Shown: piece after piece, positions 9,126 through 19,743 of the stretch
Numbering within the stretch: position 1 is the stretch's first letter
Layout of the letters: each line of letters opens with the position of its first letter
Source of the DNA: Jeotgalicoccus sp.
GTDB lineage: Bacteria; Bacillota; Bacilli; Staphylococcales; Salinicoccaceae
NCBI GenBank assembly: GCA_003513765.1
Contig: DONT01000002.1
Location: 101,091-165,090 of the forward strand
Length of the DNA stretch: 64,000 nt
Direction: 5' to 3'
The notes under the pieces: generated by a model
The model's database searches: none
The model's input: the letters and a program-made list of their open reading frames with translations, nothing else
What the model was told of the DNA's origin: nothing
Translations under genes and position numbers: made by a program

Positions 9126-11384
9126 ATGTCATATATACGCGTGCATGGTGCGAATCAAAATAACTTAAAAAATGTGAGTGTCGATATTCCAAAACATCAG
9201 CTGACTGTCTTTACCGGTCGTTCGGGTTCAGGAAAGTCTTCACTTGTGTTCAACGTCCTGGCTGCGGAGTCCGAACGTCTCTTGAATGAGACTTACTCTA
9301 GTTACATCCAGCATCAGCTGACGCAATATGAAAAACCTGATGTCGACAGAATAGAGAATCTGCCGGTCTCAATGGTTATTAACCAGAAAAAACTCGGCGG
9401 AAATTCACGCTCGACAGTTGGTACAATTTCCGATATATACTCATCTGTCCGCTTATTATGGTCGCGTGTCGGCGCACCTTTTGTCGGTTACTCAAATGTC
9501 TTTTCATTTAATAATCCAAGCGGAATGTGTGAACGGTGCCAGGGTCTCGGTTACGTCGAGGATATTGATTTAGACGAGCTGCTCGATTTTGATAAGTCAC
9601 TGAACGAAGATGCCATTAAATTCCCTTCATTCAGACCCGACAGCTGGAGGGGGAAGCGTTACTTATACAGCGGTTTATTTGATAATGATAAAAAATTGAA
9701 AGATTATACAGAAGAAGAAATGAATACATTTCTTTATACGAAACCTAGAAAGATTAAAAATCCGCCGGATAACTGGCCGAGAACTGCTAAGTTCGAAGGG
9801 TTAATTCACCGCTTCAGACGATCGTTCTTGCTCAATGATAACTTTGAGAAGAAACGTTTCTTAACTGACGTCGAACGCGTTGTAACCAGTCAGAAATGCC
9901 CGGACTGCGAAGGTAAACGTCTTAACGACAAAGTACTGAGCTGTAAAATTAACGGTGCGAGTATTGCCGACTTCACTGCATTATCAATCGATGATGCGAT
10001 TAGCTTCTTAAAAAATCTGAATGATGAGAAGGCGAAGTTTATCATTAAACCATTACTTGAACAGATGGAAGCTCTTGCTTATATCGGCTTAAATTATTTA
10101 ACGCTCAACCGGGAAACACCGACACTGTCAGGCGGGGAGTCACAGCGCATTAAGCTGATTCGTCATTTAAACAGTCCATTAACCGACTTAGTTTACATTA
10201 TCGATGAACCAAGTGTCGGACTGCATCCGGAAGATATTAAAAAAATTAATGAAATTATGCGTTCCCTGCGTGATAAGGGTAATACTGTACTGATTGTCGA
10301 GCATGATCCCGATGTGATTCATATTGCAGATCACATTATCGATATCGGGCCTGGTGCAGGCCAGCACGGGGGAGAGATTATATTTAACGGTACGTATGAG
10401 GAATTAATGCAGACGGATACGCCAACCAGTATCGCACTTAACAGAAAGCATCAGCAAAAAGAGAATCCCAGACAGCCTGAGTCATTTATATCACTTAAAA
10501 ATATTACTAAGAATAACTTAAAAGATGTATCCGTCGATATACCCGAAGGTCTGATATCAGTCATTACCGGTGTCGCCGGTTCAGGTAAAAGCACGCTGAT
10601 TAAAACAGGTTTAGGTAAATCTGAAGATGCAATCTTTATAGATCAGAAAGCAGTACAGGCGACGAACCGTTCCAATCTGCTGACTTATATGGATTTGTTT
10701 GATGAAGTCCGCACATTCTTCAGTAAGCAGACCGGCTTAAGAAAAGGTATGTTCAGTTATAACTCAGAAGGTGCATGTCCTGAATGCAATGGTAAGGGCG
10801 TTATTAAAACAGAGCTTGCTTTTATGGCCGATTTTTCACAATTGTGTGAAGTGTGTAACGGTACGCGTTACAAAAAAGAAGCCCTTGAAGCCACAGTAAA
10901 CGGTTATTCCATTGCAGATGTGCTCGCATTGACAGTCGAAGAAGGTGTGTCGTTATTTAAAAATAATGAAAAAGTTGTATCGCGTCTTAAAAATCTGGAA
11001 GCGACAGGACTGCACTATATGACGCTCGGTCAATCTCTCGACACACTGTCAGGCGGAGAAATTCAGCGCCTGAAATTAAGCCGTTATTTAGACAGTGATG
11101 CGCAAGATAAAATATTTATTTTCGATGAACCGACAACTGGGCTGCACGAAGATGATATTCCTGCATTATTATCGTGTTTTGAACAATTAATTGAACAGAG
11201 TAATACCGTCATTCTAATCGAGCATAACCTGACGATGATGACACATGCCGATTGGCTTATCGATGTCGGCCCAGGACCCGGTATGAGGGGCGGTAAAATT
11301 CTATACAGCGGCGAGCCTAATGGCTTGTTAAATGTTAAAAATTCAGTGACTGCAGAACATCTTAAAAGATATACGGGAAATTAA
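9126..11384 (+). CDS. UvrA-family ABC ATPase paralog (class II / UvrA2-like)
   Basis: Tandem ABC modules (GRSGSGKSSL and GVAGSGKSTL Walker A; LSGGESQR and LSGGEIQR signatures) and CxxC zinc modules. At about 752 aa it is shorter than canonical UvrA. Start moved to the ATG at 9126 (SD GAGGTGG). Confidence 0.85.
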   Translation: MSYIRVHGANQNNLKNVSVDIPKHQLTVFTGRSGSGKSSLVFNVLAAESERLLNETYSSYIQHQLTQYEKPDVDRIENLPVSMVINQKKLGGNSRSTVGTISDIYSSVRLLWSRVGAPFVGYSNVFSFNNPSGMCERCQGLGYVEDIDLDELLDFDKSLNEDAIKFPSFRPDSWRGKRYLYSGLFDNDKKLKDYTEEEMNTFLYTKPRKIKNPPDNWPRTAKFEGLIHRFRRSFLLNDNFEKKRFLTDVERVVTSQKCPDCEGKRLNDKVLSCKINGASIADFTALSIDDAISFLKNLNDEKAKFIIKPLLEQMEALAYIGLNYLTLNRETPTLSGGESQRIKLIRHLNSPLTDLVYIIDEPSVGLHPEDIKKINEIMRSLRDKGNTVLIVEHDPDVIHIADHIIDIGPGAGQHGGEIIFNGTYEELMQTDTPTSIALNRKHQQKENPRQPESFISLKNITKNNLKDVSVDIPEGLISVITGVAGSGKSTLIKTGLGKSEDAIFIDQKAVQATNRSNLLTYMDLFDEVRTFFSKQTGLRKGMFSYNSEGACPECNGKGVIKTELAFMADFSQLCEVCNGTRYKKEALEATVNGYSIADVLALTVEEGVSLFKNNEKVVSRLKNLEATGLHYMTLGQSLDTLSGGEIQRLKLSRYLDSDAQDKIFIFDEPTTGLHEDDIPALLSCFEQLIEQSNTVILIEHNLTMMTHADWLIDVGPGPGMRGGKILYSGEPNGLLNVKNSVTAEHLKRYTGN

Positions 11385-11482
11385 ATTCTTTTGAGCAGAA
11401 ATTTAGGCTGTACCAGTGAACTTGGTTATTATTTAGTACTGTAATGATATTTCACAAAAGCTTACTGGGGGATTTTATTTAT

Positions 11483-12613
11483 ATGAATAAGAAATATGAG
11501 ACTTTATTCGAGAAAGTTACACTTAAGAATGGAGTCGAATTAAAAAATAAATTTGCACTTGGACCGATGACACACATTTCTTAACACGATGATGGAACTG
11601 TGTCAGACGAGGAAATTGAATACATGCGTACACGTTCGAAAGACGTCGGCTTATCGATATCTGCAGCATCCAACGTAACTGATCTCGGTAAAGCGTTCCC
11701 TGGACAGCCGTCAGTCGTCCGCGACTCAGACGTAGAAGGATTAACACGTCTTGCAGATGCCATGAAAGAAAATGGAGCAAAAGCAATACTCCAAATTCAC
11801 CACGGTGGTGTTCAAGCAATTCCGAGATTAACACCCGGTGCTGATTCTGCAGGGCCGAGCCCGATTACCATGCAGAGCTTTGATGAAACAGAACCGCATG
11901 ATGCACGTGAAATTACAGAAGAAGAGATTCTTGAAACGATTGAAGCATTTGGGGAAGCAACACGCCGTGCTGCTGAAGCAGGATTTGACGGCGTTGAAAT
12001 TCACGGTGCCAACCATTATATTATTCACCAGTTCGTTTCGCCGTATTTCAACAGACGTAATGACAAGTGGGGCAAAGACCGTTTCCTGTTCGCAATGGAA
12101 ATCGTCGATGCAGTCATGAAGGCAAAAGAGAAATACGCTGAAGATGATTTTATTATCGGCTACCGTTTCTCACCGGAAGAAGCCGAGACTCCCGGAATCC
12201 GCATGGAAACTACAGAAGAACTGCTCGGCAAACTGGTTGAAAAGCCGCTTGATTATCTGCACGTTTCATTAAGCGACGTTCACTCTAAAACACGTGAAGG
12301 TAAATATGCCGGTACAGAGCGTATCGAACTGCTTCACAAATGGATAGATGGACGCATGCCCCTAATCGGAGTTGGTTCTGTATTCACTGCAAATCAGGCA
12401 CTCCGCGCTATTGAAGCGGGCAATATGGAAATAATTGCTCTAGGCAGAGTTCTGCTGCTGGATTATAACTTCATCAGCAAAATCGAAGAAGGCAGAGAAG
12501 ATGAAATCTTTGAGTACTTTGATTCTGAAAGAGAAGATAAATACGAATTGCCTGAACTTTTATGGACACAGCTTGATAACGGCGCTTACTCAATGCCGAA
12601 AAAAGAGAAATAG
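11483..12613 (+). pseudogene. NADH:flavin oxidoreductase (old yellow enzyme, YqiG-like) interrupted by an in-frame TAA
   Basis: ATG at 11483 (SD GGGGGA) encodes MNKKYETLFEKVTLKNGVELKNKFALGPMTHIS. A TAA at 11582-11584 follows, and the same frame continues HDDGTVSDEEIEYMRTRS... to 12613. The OYE motifs span the stop. Confidence 0.8.
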
Positions 12614-12623
12614 AGAAAAAATG

Positions 12624-12649
12624 GCTCCGGACAATATACTGTCCGGAGC
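12624..12649. terminator. Bidirectional intrinsic terminator
   Basis: GCTCCGGAC-N8-GTCCGGAGC flanked by A-rich and T-rich runs, between convergent genes. Confidence 0.65.
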
Positions 12650-12655
12650 ATTATT

Positions 12656-13576
12656 TTATAAAGTTTTTCGTCTGTTTCTCTGACTGAATATAAATTCAAT
12701 ATATCCTGTCCCAAACAGCACACCAATCACTACAAATATAAAGCCAATTACCTGAGAAGCAGTAATCATTTCATTTAAAAAAATCACTGAAAATACAACG
12801 CCGAAAAATGGAACAAAGTTATTGAATATAACAGTCTGTCCGGCACCGATTTGCTGTATTGCCGAGTTATAAATTATATAGCCAAATCCTGTGACGACCA
12901 TACCGGAAAATATAAAAAGCACATAAATAAATGGACTGGCCGTAAACATCTGACTGAAACTTCCTGGTTCAATAATAAAGCTCAGAATCACCAAACCAAT
13001 AGAACCGGTTAGAAACATCATCGTCGTAATTTGTTTTGAGTCGATAGTTGCAGTCGCTTTTTTTATAAAAATAAAACTGATTGCCTGCACAAGCATTGAT
13101 GTAAATATTAATACTTCACCTAATGAAAATTCGAAGCTTGTAAAAGATTCTCCCTGAATAAAAAATACACCCACCAACGCCAGCGAAATACCGAGAAGCC
13201 GTGCACCTGTCAGCTTTTCACCTAAGAAAAATATCGCCATTATAACAGTCGTGAGCGGGACAAGTGCAAGTATTAATGCCGCACTGGATGCATCAATCAT
13301 CGTTAATGATATCGCCAGCAGCGAATGATGAAGTACGACCCCAAATAATGTCCCCAACAGAGTGTAAATCCACTCCCGTTTTGTCATTCGGCGGAAAGAT
13401 CGTGTCAGTATTAAAATACATAACGTCGTTACACCGGCAATCATTACCCGAAAAGCAGTCATCGTCGCAGGAGGTAGTTCCGTAACCAGAAGTTTAAGAA
13501 TAACAATATTTAAACCCCATAAAACCATAATGGTAAACACTAATAAATAAATGAGCATATTTTTATTTTGCTTCAT
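12656..13576 (-). CDS. EamA/DMT-family transporter
   Basis: About 10 TM segments in two repeated halves, typical EamA length (306 aa). Confidence 0.8.
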   Translation of the reverse strand: MKQNKNMLIYLLVFTIMVLWGLNIVILKLLVTELPPATMTAFRVMIAGVTTLCILILTRSFRRMTKREWIYTLLGTLFGVVLHHSLLAISLTMIDASSAALILALVPLTTVIMAIFFLGEKLTGARLLGISLALVGVFFIQGESFTSFEFSLGEVLIFTSMLVQAISFIFIKKATATIDSKQITTMMFLTGSIGLVILSFIIEPGSFSQMFTASPFIYVLFIFSGMVVTGFGYIIYNSAIQQIGAGQTVIFNNFVPFFGVVFSVIFLNEMITASQVIGFIFVVIGVLFGTGYIEFIFSQRNRRKTL

Positions 13577-13616
13577 TTTACATCCCCGTTCTATTTATAG
13601 TATCCATTCTGCTGAA

Positions 13617-15281
13617 TCAGTTATTGCTCACTTTTTCGCGTGCTTCTTTATATACTGCTTTCGGAAATTCATATAGTCTCAGTAACTCAATCGCATTTGA
13701 ACTCGTGGCGATACCGTCTTTTATTTTATAATCAAAATTAATGTCGTCACCGATCAGTTCTTCGCTGAAGTGGTAATATTCAAACTCGCCAGCCAGTAAA
13801 TCTGTCAGCTCCATATCGTGTGTTGCTGCGATTAAGCAGACATTTTCTTTCTCATGCAGATATCTTAAAAATGACTCGCCTGCAGCCAGCCGTTCTATCG
13901 TATTCGTGCCTTTAAATATCTCATCAATAATACAGTAAACCGTACCGTTAAAATCTTCAATTTCATCCACAATCCGCTTCAGAGATTTTACTTCGCTGAT
14001 AAAATAACTGTCGCCTTCGATTACACTGTCGGTAATTTCCATCGACGATATTACTTTGCCGGGAGTGTATTTAAATACTGTACTGGTGGATGTGTTTAAC
14101 CCATTGCTGATAATCACATTGATACCCAGTGCTTTCATGAATGTTGATTTTCCTGCTGCATTGGAACCAGTTAACAAAATATCATTATTAAAGTTAAGTT
14201 CATTATCAACAGCATCTGCAACGAGCGGATGATACAATCCCTCGGTTTGTATATATGAAGATGTTTCTGTTTCAGGCACTGTATAATACGGCAGCATCTC
14301 TCTCCACATTGCTAGGCTGTAGTGCAAGTCGAGCGAAGCAGTGTAACGCCATCCTTCTCTATATAACTCATGATTTTTATTCAGTGTCCGGTTAGCAGTG
14401 TGATAGAGGTGATAGTCTATTAAAAACATTAATTTAAAAGCATTAAACAGCTGAACACCGGCATTCAACTCTCCTGCACTGTCATCAGTAACAAACAGCG
14501 GACCCATTAATGCCAGTCTTTTCAGACCTTTACTGTTAAATTTTGAATTCAGTTTTCCGGCAGTGACAATAATATTAATCGCATAAAAAATATCCGTGTA
14601 ATCTAAACCGGTTGAACCTTTATGCTTCTGCGACAGATATGCATTTATGCCAAACCCCGCCAGTATAGTTAACAATGATAAAAATGGATTGATAAAAAAT
14701 AGAGACACACCGATAAACGGCAGCAATGAAAATAGTATGAACAAGGGATTATATTTCTTCACCGGCATAAATTCATACATAAACTTACTCGTATTAGAGT
14801 TGCTGGATCTGCCGAGTTTAGCCAGCCGATATGATATCTCTTCCCGGAAATTCCGGTCATTTTTAATTTTGTGTAACAAATCTTCATCTATAACATGATT
14901 TTCTGATGAATTCCGGAGCACTGCGTATAAATTTTCAGTGCCTATCGTCGTAAATGTATAGTTTATTTTATCCATCAGTTTACTGAGATCCAGATCATTC
15001 CACGTTTCATCATCCACAACGTTTCTGTCATTTGTATTTTCCTGTTCCATAATATTAACGAAGTAGTTATAGTAATGAAAATAGTATTCAGGCTTCGATT
15101 TTAATCTGGAGCGTCTGTCCCATAATGTTTTAGTATCTTTCTTCAGTTTAAAATACTCAAATTTTTTTATAATCAGTGAAACAACCACAATTAAAATCAT
15201 AACAACGATAAAAATATACAGCGTCTGTATGATAATCAGCCTCCTCTTAGATGTAAGTTTCTTCACTAATAATTTTATCAT
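13617..15281 (-). CDS. Membrane-anchored MutS-domain-V (MutS-related) ATPase
   Basis: N-terminal and internal TM segments. The C-terminal MutS ATPase core has Walker A GSNAAGKSTF, IIDEIFKGTN and ATHDMEL. Confidence 0.75.
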   Translation of the reverse strand: MIKLLVKKLTSKRRLIIIQTLYIFIVVMILIVVVSLIIKKFEYFKLKKDTKTLWDRRSRLKSKPEYYFHYYNYFVNIMEQENTNDRNVVDDETWNDLDLSKLMDKINYTFTTIGTENLYAVLRNSSENHVIDEDLLHKIKNDRNFREEISYRLAKLGRSSNSNTSKFMYEFMPVKKYNPLFILFSLLPFIGVSLFFINPFLSLLTILAGFGINAYLSQKHKGSTGLDYTDIFYAINIIVTAGKLNSKFNSKGLKRLALMGPLFVTDDSAGELNAGVQLFNAFKLMFLIDYHLYHTANRTLNKNHELYREGWRYTASLDLHYSLAMWREMLPYYTVPETETSSYIQTEGLYHPLVADAVDNELNFNNDILLTGSNAAGKSTFMKALGINVIISNGLNTSTSTVFKYTPGKVISSMEITDSVIEGDSYFISEVKSLKRIVDEIEDFNGTVYCIIDEIFKGTNTIERLAAGESFLRYLHEKENVCLIAATHDMELTDLLAGEFEYYHFSEELIGDDINFDYKIKDGIATSSNAIELLRLYEFPKAVYKEAREKVSNN

Positions 15282-15443
15282 TAATATGAAAATATACTAC
15301 AAAAGGAAAGTTTTCTGTAATGTTATTAATTAAACACGATATTTATAAACTATCCAACTATTCCGGCTAGTTGATTTAATGTATAACCCGCATGGTCATT
15401 ATGATATATTAAGTTAGATATTTATAGAGACGGGGGATTTGGC

Positions 15444-16178
15444 ATGGCGCTGTTTGGTACTATTGTAGATGCTTTAGCTATTATTTTAGGCAGCATCATC
15501 GGTCTTTTTTGGAGAAATATAAATGAAAATATGAAAGCTACTATTCTTCAGGCACTGTCAATTACCGTACTCGTTATCGGTATTGATATGGCACTTGAAG
15601 CTAACAGCATACTTATTGTAGTCGTTGCCAGTCTCGCCCTCGGTTCCATGCTCGGTGAAAAATGGGACATTGAGGATAAAATGAATCACTTCGGCATCTG
15701 GCTCGAAACAAAAACTGGTGCAACTGAAGGCGGTGCAGCCGCTGCTTTTGTTACTGCTACTTTAGTTTATGTCGTCGGTGCAGTCAGTATTATCGGCGCA
15801 CTCGACAGCGGTTTGAGAAATGATCACACCGTACTTTTAACAAAGGCTTTAATCGACGGGGTGCTCGCTATTTTCCTGACATCCACTATGGGGATCGGAA
15901 TTATGTTCTCAGCCATTTCCGTATTTCTGTTCCAGGGTGCGATTGCCTTGTCAGCTTCTCAAATTAACCGCTTTATACAGCCCGATTTGATGGATAATAT
16001 TATTATTGCCATAACAGGTACAGGCGGCATTATGATTATTGCGATTGGTATCAGACTTCTCGGTTTGATGAATATAAGGGTCGCCAATATGCTCCCTGCA
16101 ATATTGTTTGCGGTGCTGTTTGTAACGATTCAATATTACTGGGATAAGATTAGTTTATTCTTTGTACAAATGTTCTAG
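15444..16178 (+). CDS. DUF554-family membrane protein (YdfK-like)
   Basis: N-terminus MALFGTIVDALAIILGSIIG and a polytopic profile characteristic of DUF554. Confidence 0.7.
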   Translation: MALFGTIVDALAIILGSIIGLFWRNINENMKATILQALSITVLVIGIDMALEANSILIVVVASLALGSMLGEKWDIEDKMNHFGIWLETKTGATEGGAAAAFVTATLVYVVGAVSIIGALDSGLRNDHTVLLTKALIDGVLAIFLTSTMGIGIMFSAISVFLFQGAIALSASQINRFIQPDLMDNIIIAITGTGGIMIIAIGIRLLGLMNIRVANMLPAILFAVLFVTIQYYWDKISLFFVQMF

Positions 16179-16200
16179 TTTCTAAGGAGATGAGTACGCT

Positions 16201-16785
16201 ATGGAAGATGAACAGCTCAATATTTTTGATTCAAAAGGCAGATTAACAGGCACAGCATCGCGTGCTGACGCTCATAAAAAAGGCTTGTGGCATGAAACAT
16301 TTCACTGTTGGTTCATTGAAGTAAAAGAACATAAAATCTTTATCCATTTTCAGCTGAGAAGTCCCGATAAAAAAGATTTTCCAAATATGCTGGATATAAC
16401 AGCCGCAGGACACCTGACAGCCGAAGAGGGCGTTGAAGACGGTGTTCGGGAAATTAAAGAAGAACTCGGTATCAGTCTTAATCTTAATGATTTAATGTAT
16501 GCAGGGAAAATTGCTGATGAGATTATCATCGGGGATTTTATCGACAGAGAATGGTGTCATGTCTTTATATATAAAATTCCTGCCGGTACAAAACCGGTTT
16601 ATGTTTTCCAGGATAAAGAAGTAGCAGAGATTGTTAAAATTGAAGTCTCAGAGTTTGAAGAAATGTGGTCAAAAGAGAGTATCTCGGTAATGATTAACGG
16701 AAATTCTGTCAGAAAAAATAATTTTGTACCGCATGAAAACAGTTATATTGATGCTGTAATTAAATCTATAAAAAAATGGGTCTGA
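16201..16785 (+). CDS. NUDIX-family hydrolase
   Basis: Nudix-box-like segment GHLTAEEGVEDGVREIKEELGI. Confidence 0.75.
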   Translation: MEDEQLNIFDSKGRLTGTASRADAHKKGLWHETFHCWFIEVKEHKIFIHFQLRSPDKKDFPNMLDITAAGHLTAEEGVEDGVREIKEELGISLNLNDLMYAGKIADEIIIGDFIDREWCHVFIYKIPAGTKPVYVFQDKEVAEIVKIEVSEFEEMWSKESISVMINGNSVRKNNFVPHENSYIDAVIKSIKKWV

Positions 16786-16809
16786 ACTAATTAGTTCAGA
16801 CCCATTTTT
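16776..16809. terminator. Bidirectional intrinsic terminator
   Basis: ATGGGTCTGAAC-N6-GTTCAGACCCAT with flanking A and T runs. It overlaps the NUDIX stop codon. Confidence 0.7.
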
Positions 16810-16832
16810 CTAAATTCATTAAAACAACTACA

Positions 16833-17786
16833 TTAGTTTTCCATATTCGCGACTAAGCGGCCCGTCACTTTACCATCTTCAAGCATCTGAATACCTTCAG
16901 GTATTTCATCAAATGAAATCTCTGTTATTTTCGGGCTGACTTTACCGGATGCAAACAGCTCATATATATCAGCGATATCCTGTTTAGTTCCGCCATTACT
17001 TCCGACCAATGTCGCTTGCTTAGTAATTAACTGAGTTACATTCAGAGTAGTTTCTAATTTCCCCATACCAACGAGAACAACTTTGCCCTGGAATGCTACA
17101 GACTCCAATGCTTCGCGTGTCGTAATATCAAAGCCAGCAAAGTCGATAATGACTTCCGGTTCAAATTGTTCGATTTCTTTCACGCTTTCATACGCACCGG
17201 CTGCACCCAGACTTTCAGCTAGTTCACGCGCTTTTGGATTCATATCAACAGCGTATACTTTTGCGCCAATTGCTACTGCCGCTTCCAAAGCAATTTGGCC
17301 TAAACCGCCAATTCCAATCATACCGACAGTCATGCCTTCTCTAACGCCGCCTTTTGTAAACGTCGCATGGTATGAAGTCATACCTGCGTCAGTTCCAGCA
17401 GCTGCCTGTTCAAATGACACACCTTCAGGAATTTTGACGAGATCTGAAGCCGGCGCTAATACTTTTGTTCCAAAACCACCATCATACGCATAACCTGGTG
17501 CTGTTCCACTTGGACCAGTCGGGCATACTGCAACTTTGTCGCCAACTTGATACTCCGTTACATCTTCGCCAACCTCACTGATTATACCTGCAACTTCGTG
17601 TCCCATAATAACAGGCAGCTCACCAAGCAATGCTTTCCATCCTTCATCTCTCAGTACACCTACATCTGAATGACAGAGACCCGCAACCTTCATATCAATG
17701 ATAACTTTTCCATTTTCAACTTTTGGATCATCTTTTTCTACAAGCTCTAAAGGTTCGTTTGTATTTACAAATTGCCAACCTTTCAT
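16833..17786 (-). CDS. Zinc-dependent alcohol dehydrogenase family oxidoreductase
   Basis: GLCHSDVG and GHEVAG zinc-site motifs and a GIGGLG Rossmann motif. ATG at 17786 chosen (AGGAGG 8 nt upstream). Confidence 0.85.
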   Translation of the reverse strand: MKGWQFVNTNEPLELVEKDDPKVENGKVIIDMKVAGLCHSDVGVLRDEGWKALLGELPVIMGHEVAGIISEVGEDVTEYQVGDKVAVCPTGPSGTAPGYAYDGGFGTKVLAPASDLVKIPEGVSFEQAAAGTDAGMTSYHATFTKGGVREGMTVGMIGIGGLGQIALEAAVAIGAKVYAVDMNPKARELAESLGAAGAYESVKEIEQFEPEVIIDFAGFDITTREALESVAFQGKVVLVGMGKLETTLNVTQLITKQATLVGSNGGTKQDIADIYELFASGKVSPKITEISFDEIPEGIQMLEDGKVTGRLVANMEN

Positions 17787-18093
17787 CAATGACGCCTCCT
17801 GAATTTTTAATTTTCTTTCAATTAAATTTTAACGTTAAAATAAGCTTACATCAACTAAAGTCTCTTTAAAAAAGTAATAAATTTCCTTAAATGTTACTAA
17901 AATATCACGTGTCAATTTTTAGAAATCAGTAATCTAAAACGAGACATATAACAGAATTGCTGAACTTTACCAGGAAGCAGATACGGCAGAGTTTATCGAA
18001 GAAGAGTACGACGGTGCATTAATTCCGACAGTACTTGAACTAAGCGAAATTGGCTGGTAAATAAAAGAGCTCCCTTAACGGGAGCTTTTGCTT

Positions 18094-18384
18094 TTATAAC
18101 GATTCGATAAACTGCTCTTCAGCTTCATTTTGCGGGTTGAACGTTATATCTTCGCTGATATTCTGTTTCATAAATGATACATACATCTGCTTAGCTACGG
18201 GTTCATTAAAGTCTTCTTTAAAATCATAATGCACATCAATTTCATTATCCAGCTCACTGTCTATACCTGCAAGATAGGCAACAATTCCTTCTTCTGTACA
18301 CAGCGTTAAATACTTAACATTTTCAAGCTGCAGCTGCTGTTCAAAGTCAGGAATCGCTGCCGGTTCGATATTTTTAATTTCCAT
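18094..18384 (-). CDS. Hypothetical acidic protein (96 aa)
   Basis: ORF with a strong SD (GGAAGGAG, 7 nt) at the internal ATG 18384. I recognised no motif. Confidence 0.5.
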   Translation of the reverse strand: MEIKNIEPAAIPDFEQQLQLENVKYLTLCTEEGIVAYLAGIDSELDNEIDVHYDFKEDFNEPVAKQMYVSFMKQNISEDITFNPQNEAEEQFIESL

Positions 18385-18535
18385 CAAAAAACTCCTTCCG
18401 GTGTTTTTAATCAATTACCCTTTTTTTAAATAAACAATCGTTCATCACTTAACTTTTTATTTATCTGAATTTATAGATAACTTATAATAACAGCTGTATA
18501 CTGATTCATATAAACTTTAAAAAAGAGGGATATAT

Positions 18536-19669
18536 ATGCGTTTTGAAACGAAAGCAATTCATGCCGGAAGACAGGTTGATCCGATCACAGGGGCGGTGAC
18601 AGCACCAATGCACCTGTCCACTACTTACGAAAGATCTGCAGACGGTTCTTATACCGACGGCTTTATGTACAGCCGCGGAGACAATCCGAACCGCCGTTCT
18701 CTGGAAGAATGTCTAACCGCACTTGAAGAAGGCTATGACTGCGTCGCTTTTTCTTCAGGCATGGCCGCTATTTCATCAGTGATTGAATCACTGCCGCCGG
18801 ATATGCCTCAGCGTATTATTTTACCGGATGATATGTATTTCGGTGTGCTGACTTTACTTAAGGAAACGGATATCGGCAGAAGGTTTGATATCGTTACTGC
18901 AGATATGAGTAATCTGGAGGAATTGAGAGAAGCAGTTGAAAGTGAAGCGACCGGCTTAATCTGGATTGAAACACCGTCAAATCCTCAGATTAAAATTATC
19001 GATATCGCTGCAGTCGTTAATATCGCAAAAGAAGCAGGAGCAGTAACTATTGTCGATAATACAACGGCAACACCTGTTCTGCAAAACCCGCTGTCGCTCG
19101 GTACTGATTTTTCACTGCATTCGGTGACTAAATATATCGGCGGTCACAGTGACTTATTACTTGGTGCAGTCGTAGCCAAGGAAGACAGTCCGATGCTTCA
19201 AAACTTAAGAACATGGCAGCATGCGAAAGGCGCAGTACCGTCATCATTTGACTGCTGGCTCGCCCTCCGGGGTGTTCAGACTTTATCGGCAAGAATGTCC
19301 GTGCACTGCTCCAGTGCTAAAATTATCGCTGACTTTTTAAACCATCATGACAAAGTTGAAGCGGTATACCACCCGGGTCTCCCCGAACACCCTGGACACG
19401 ATATTGCAGCATCACAAATGAATGACTTTGGCGGATTAATGTCGTTTAAAGTTAAAGGGAATGCTGAAGATGCGCTAAAAGTAGCTAATACGGTTAAAAT
19501 CTTTACACAAGCAACGAGTCTAGGCGGCACCCACAGCTATATCGAGCATCGCGCTTCAGTGGAAAAAGAATTAACTAAAGCGCCGGATACACTGCTCCGC
19601 TTATCTGTCGGTCTCGAAAATGTTAAGGACTTGCAAGAAGATCTGGAACAGGCGCTCGCTCAAATATAA
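18536..19669 (+). CDS. Cys/Met-metabolism PLP-dependent enzyme (cystathionine beta/gamma-lyase or gamma-synthase family)
   Basis: Family-typical N-terminus TKAIHAG and PLP-lysine region HSVTKYIGGHSD. Length 377 aa. Confidence 0.85.
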   Translation: MRFETKAIHAGRQVDPITGAVTAPMHLSTTYERSADGSYTDGFMYSRGDNPNRRSLEECLTALEEGYDCVAFSSGMAAISSVIESLPPDMPQRIILPDDMYFGVLTLLKETDIGRRFDIVTADMSNLEELREAVESEATGLIWIETPSNPQIKIIDIAAVVNIAKEAGAVTIVDNTTATPVLQNPLSLGTDFSLHSVTKYIGGHSDLLLGAVVAKEDSPMLQNLRTWQHAKGAVPSSFDCWLALRGVQTLSARMSVHCSSAKIIADFLNHHDKVEAVYHPGLPEHPGHDIAASQMNDFGGLMSFKVKGNAEDALKVANTVKIFTQATSLGGTHSYIEHRASVEKELTKAPDTLLRLSVGLENVKDLQEDLEQALAQI

Positions 19670-19743
19670 ATAATAAGAATAAATTATAATATGACTAACC
19701 TCTGTGTAAACGGGAATATTCCCAGTAACACGGAGGTGTTCTT

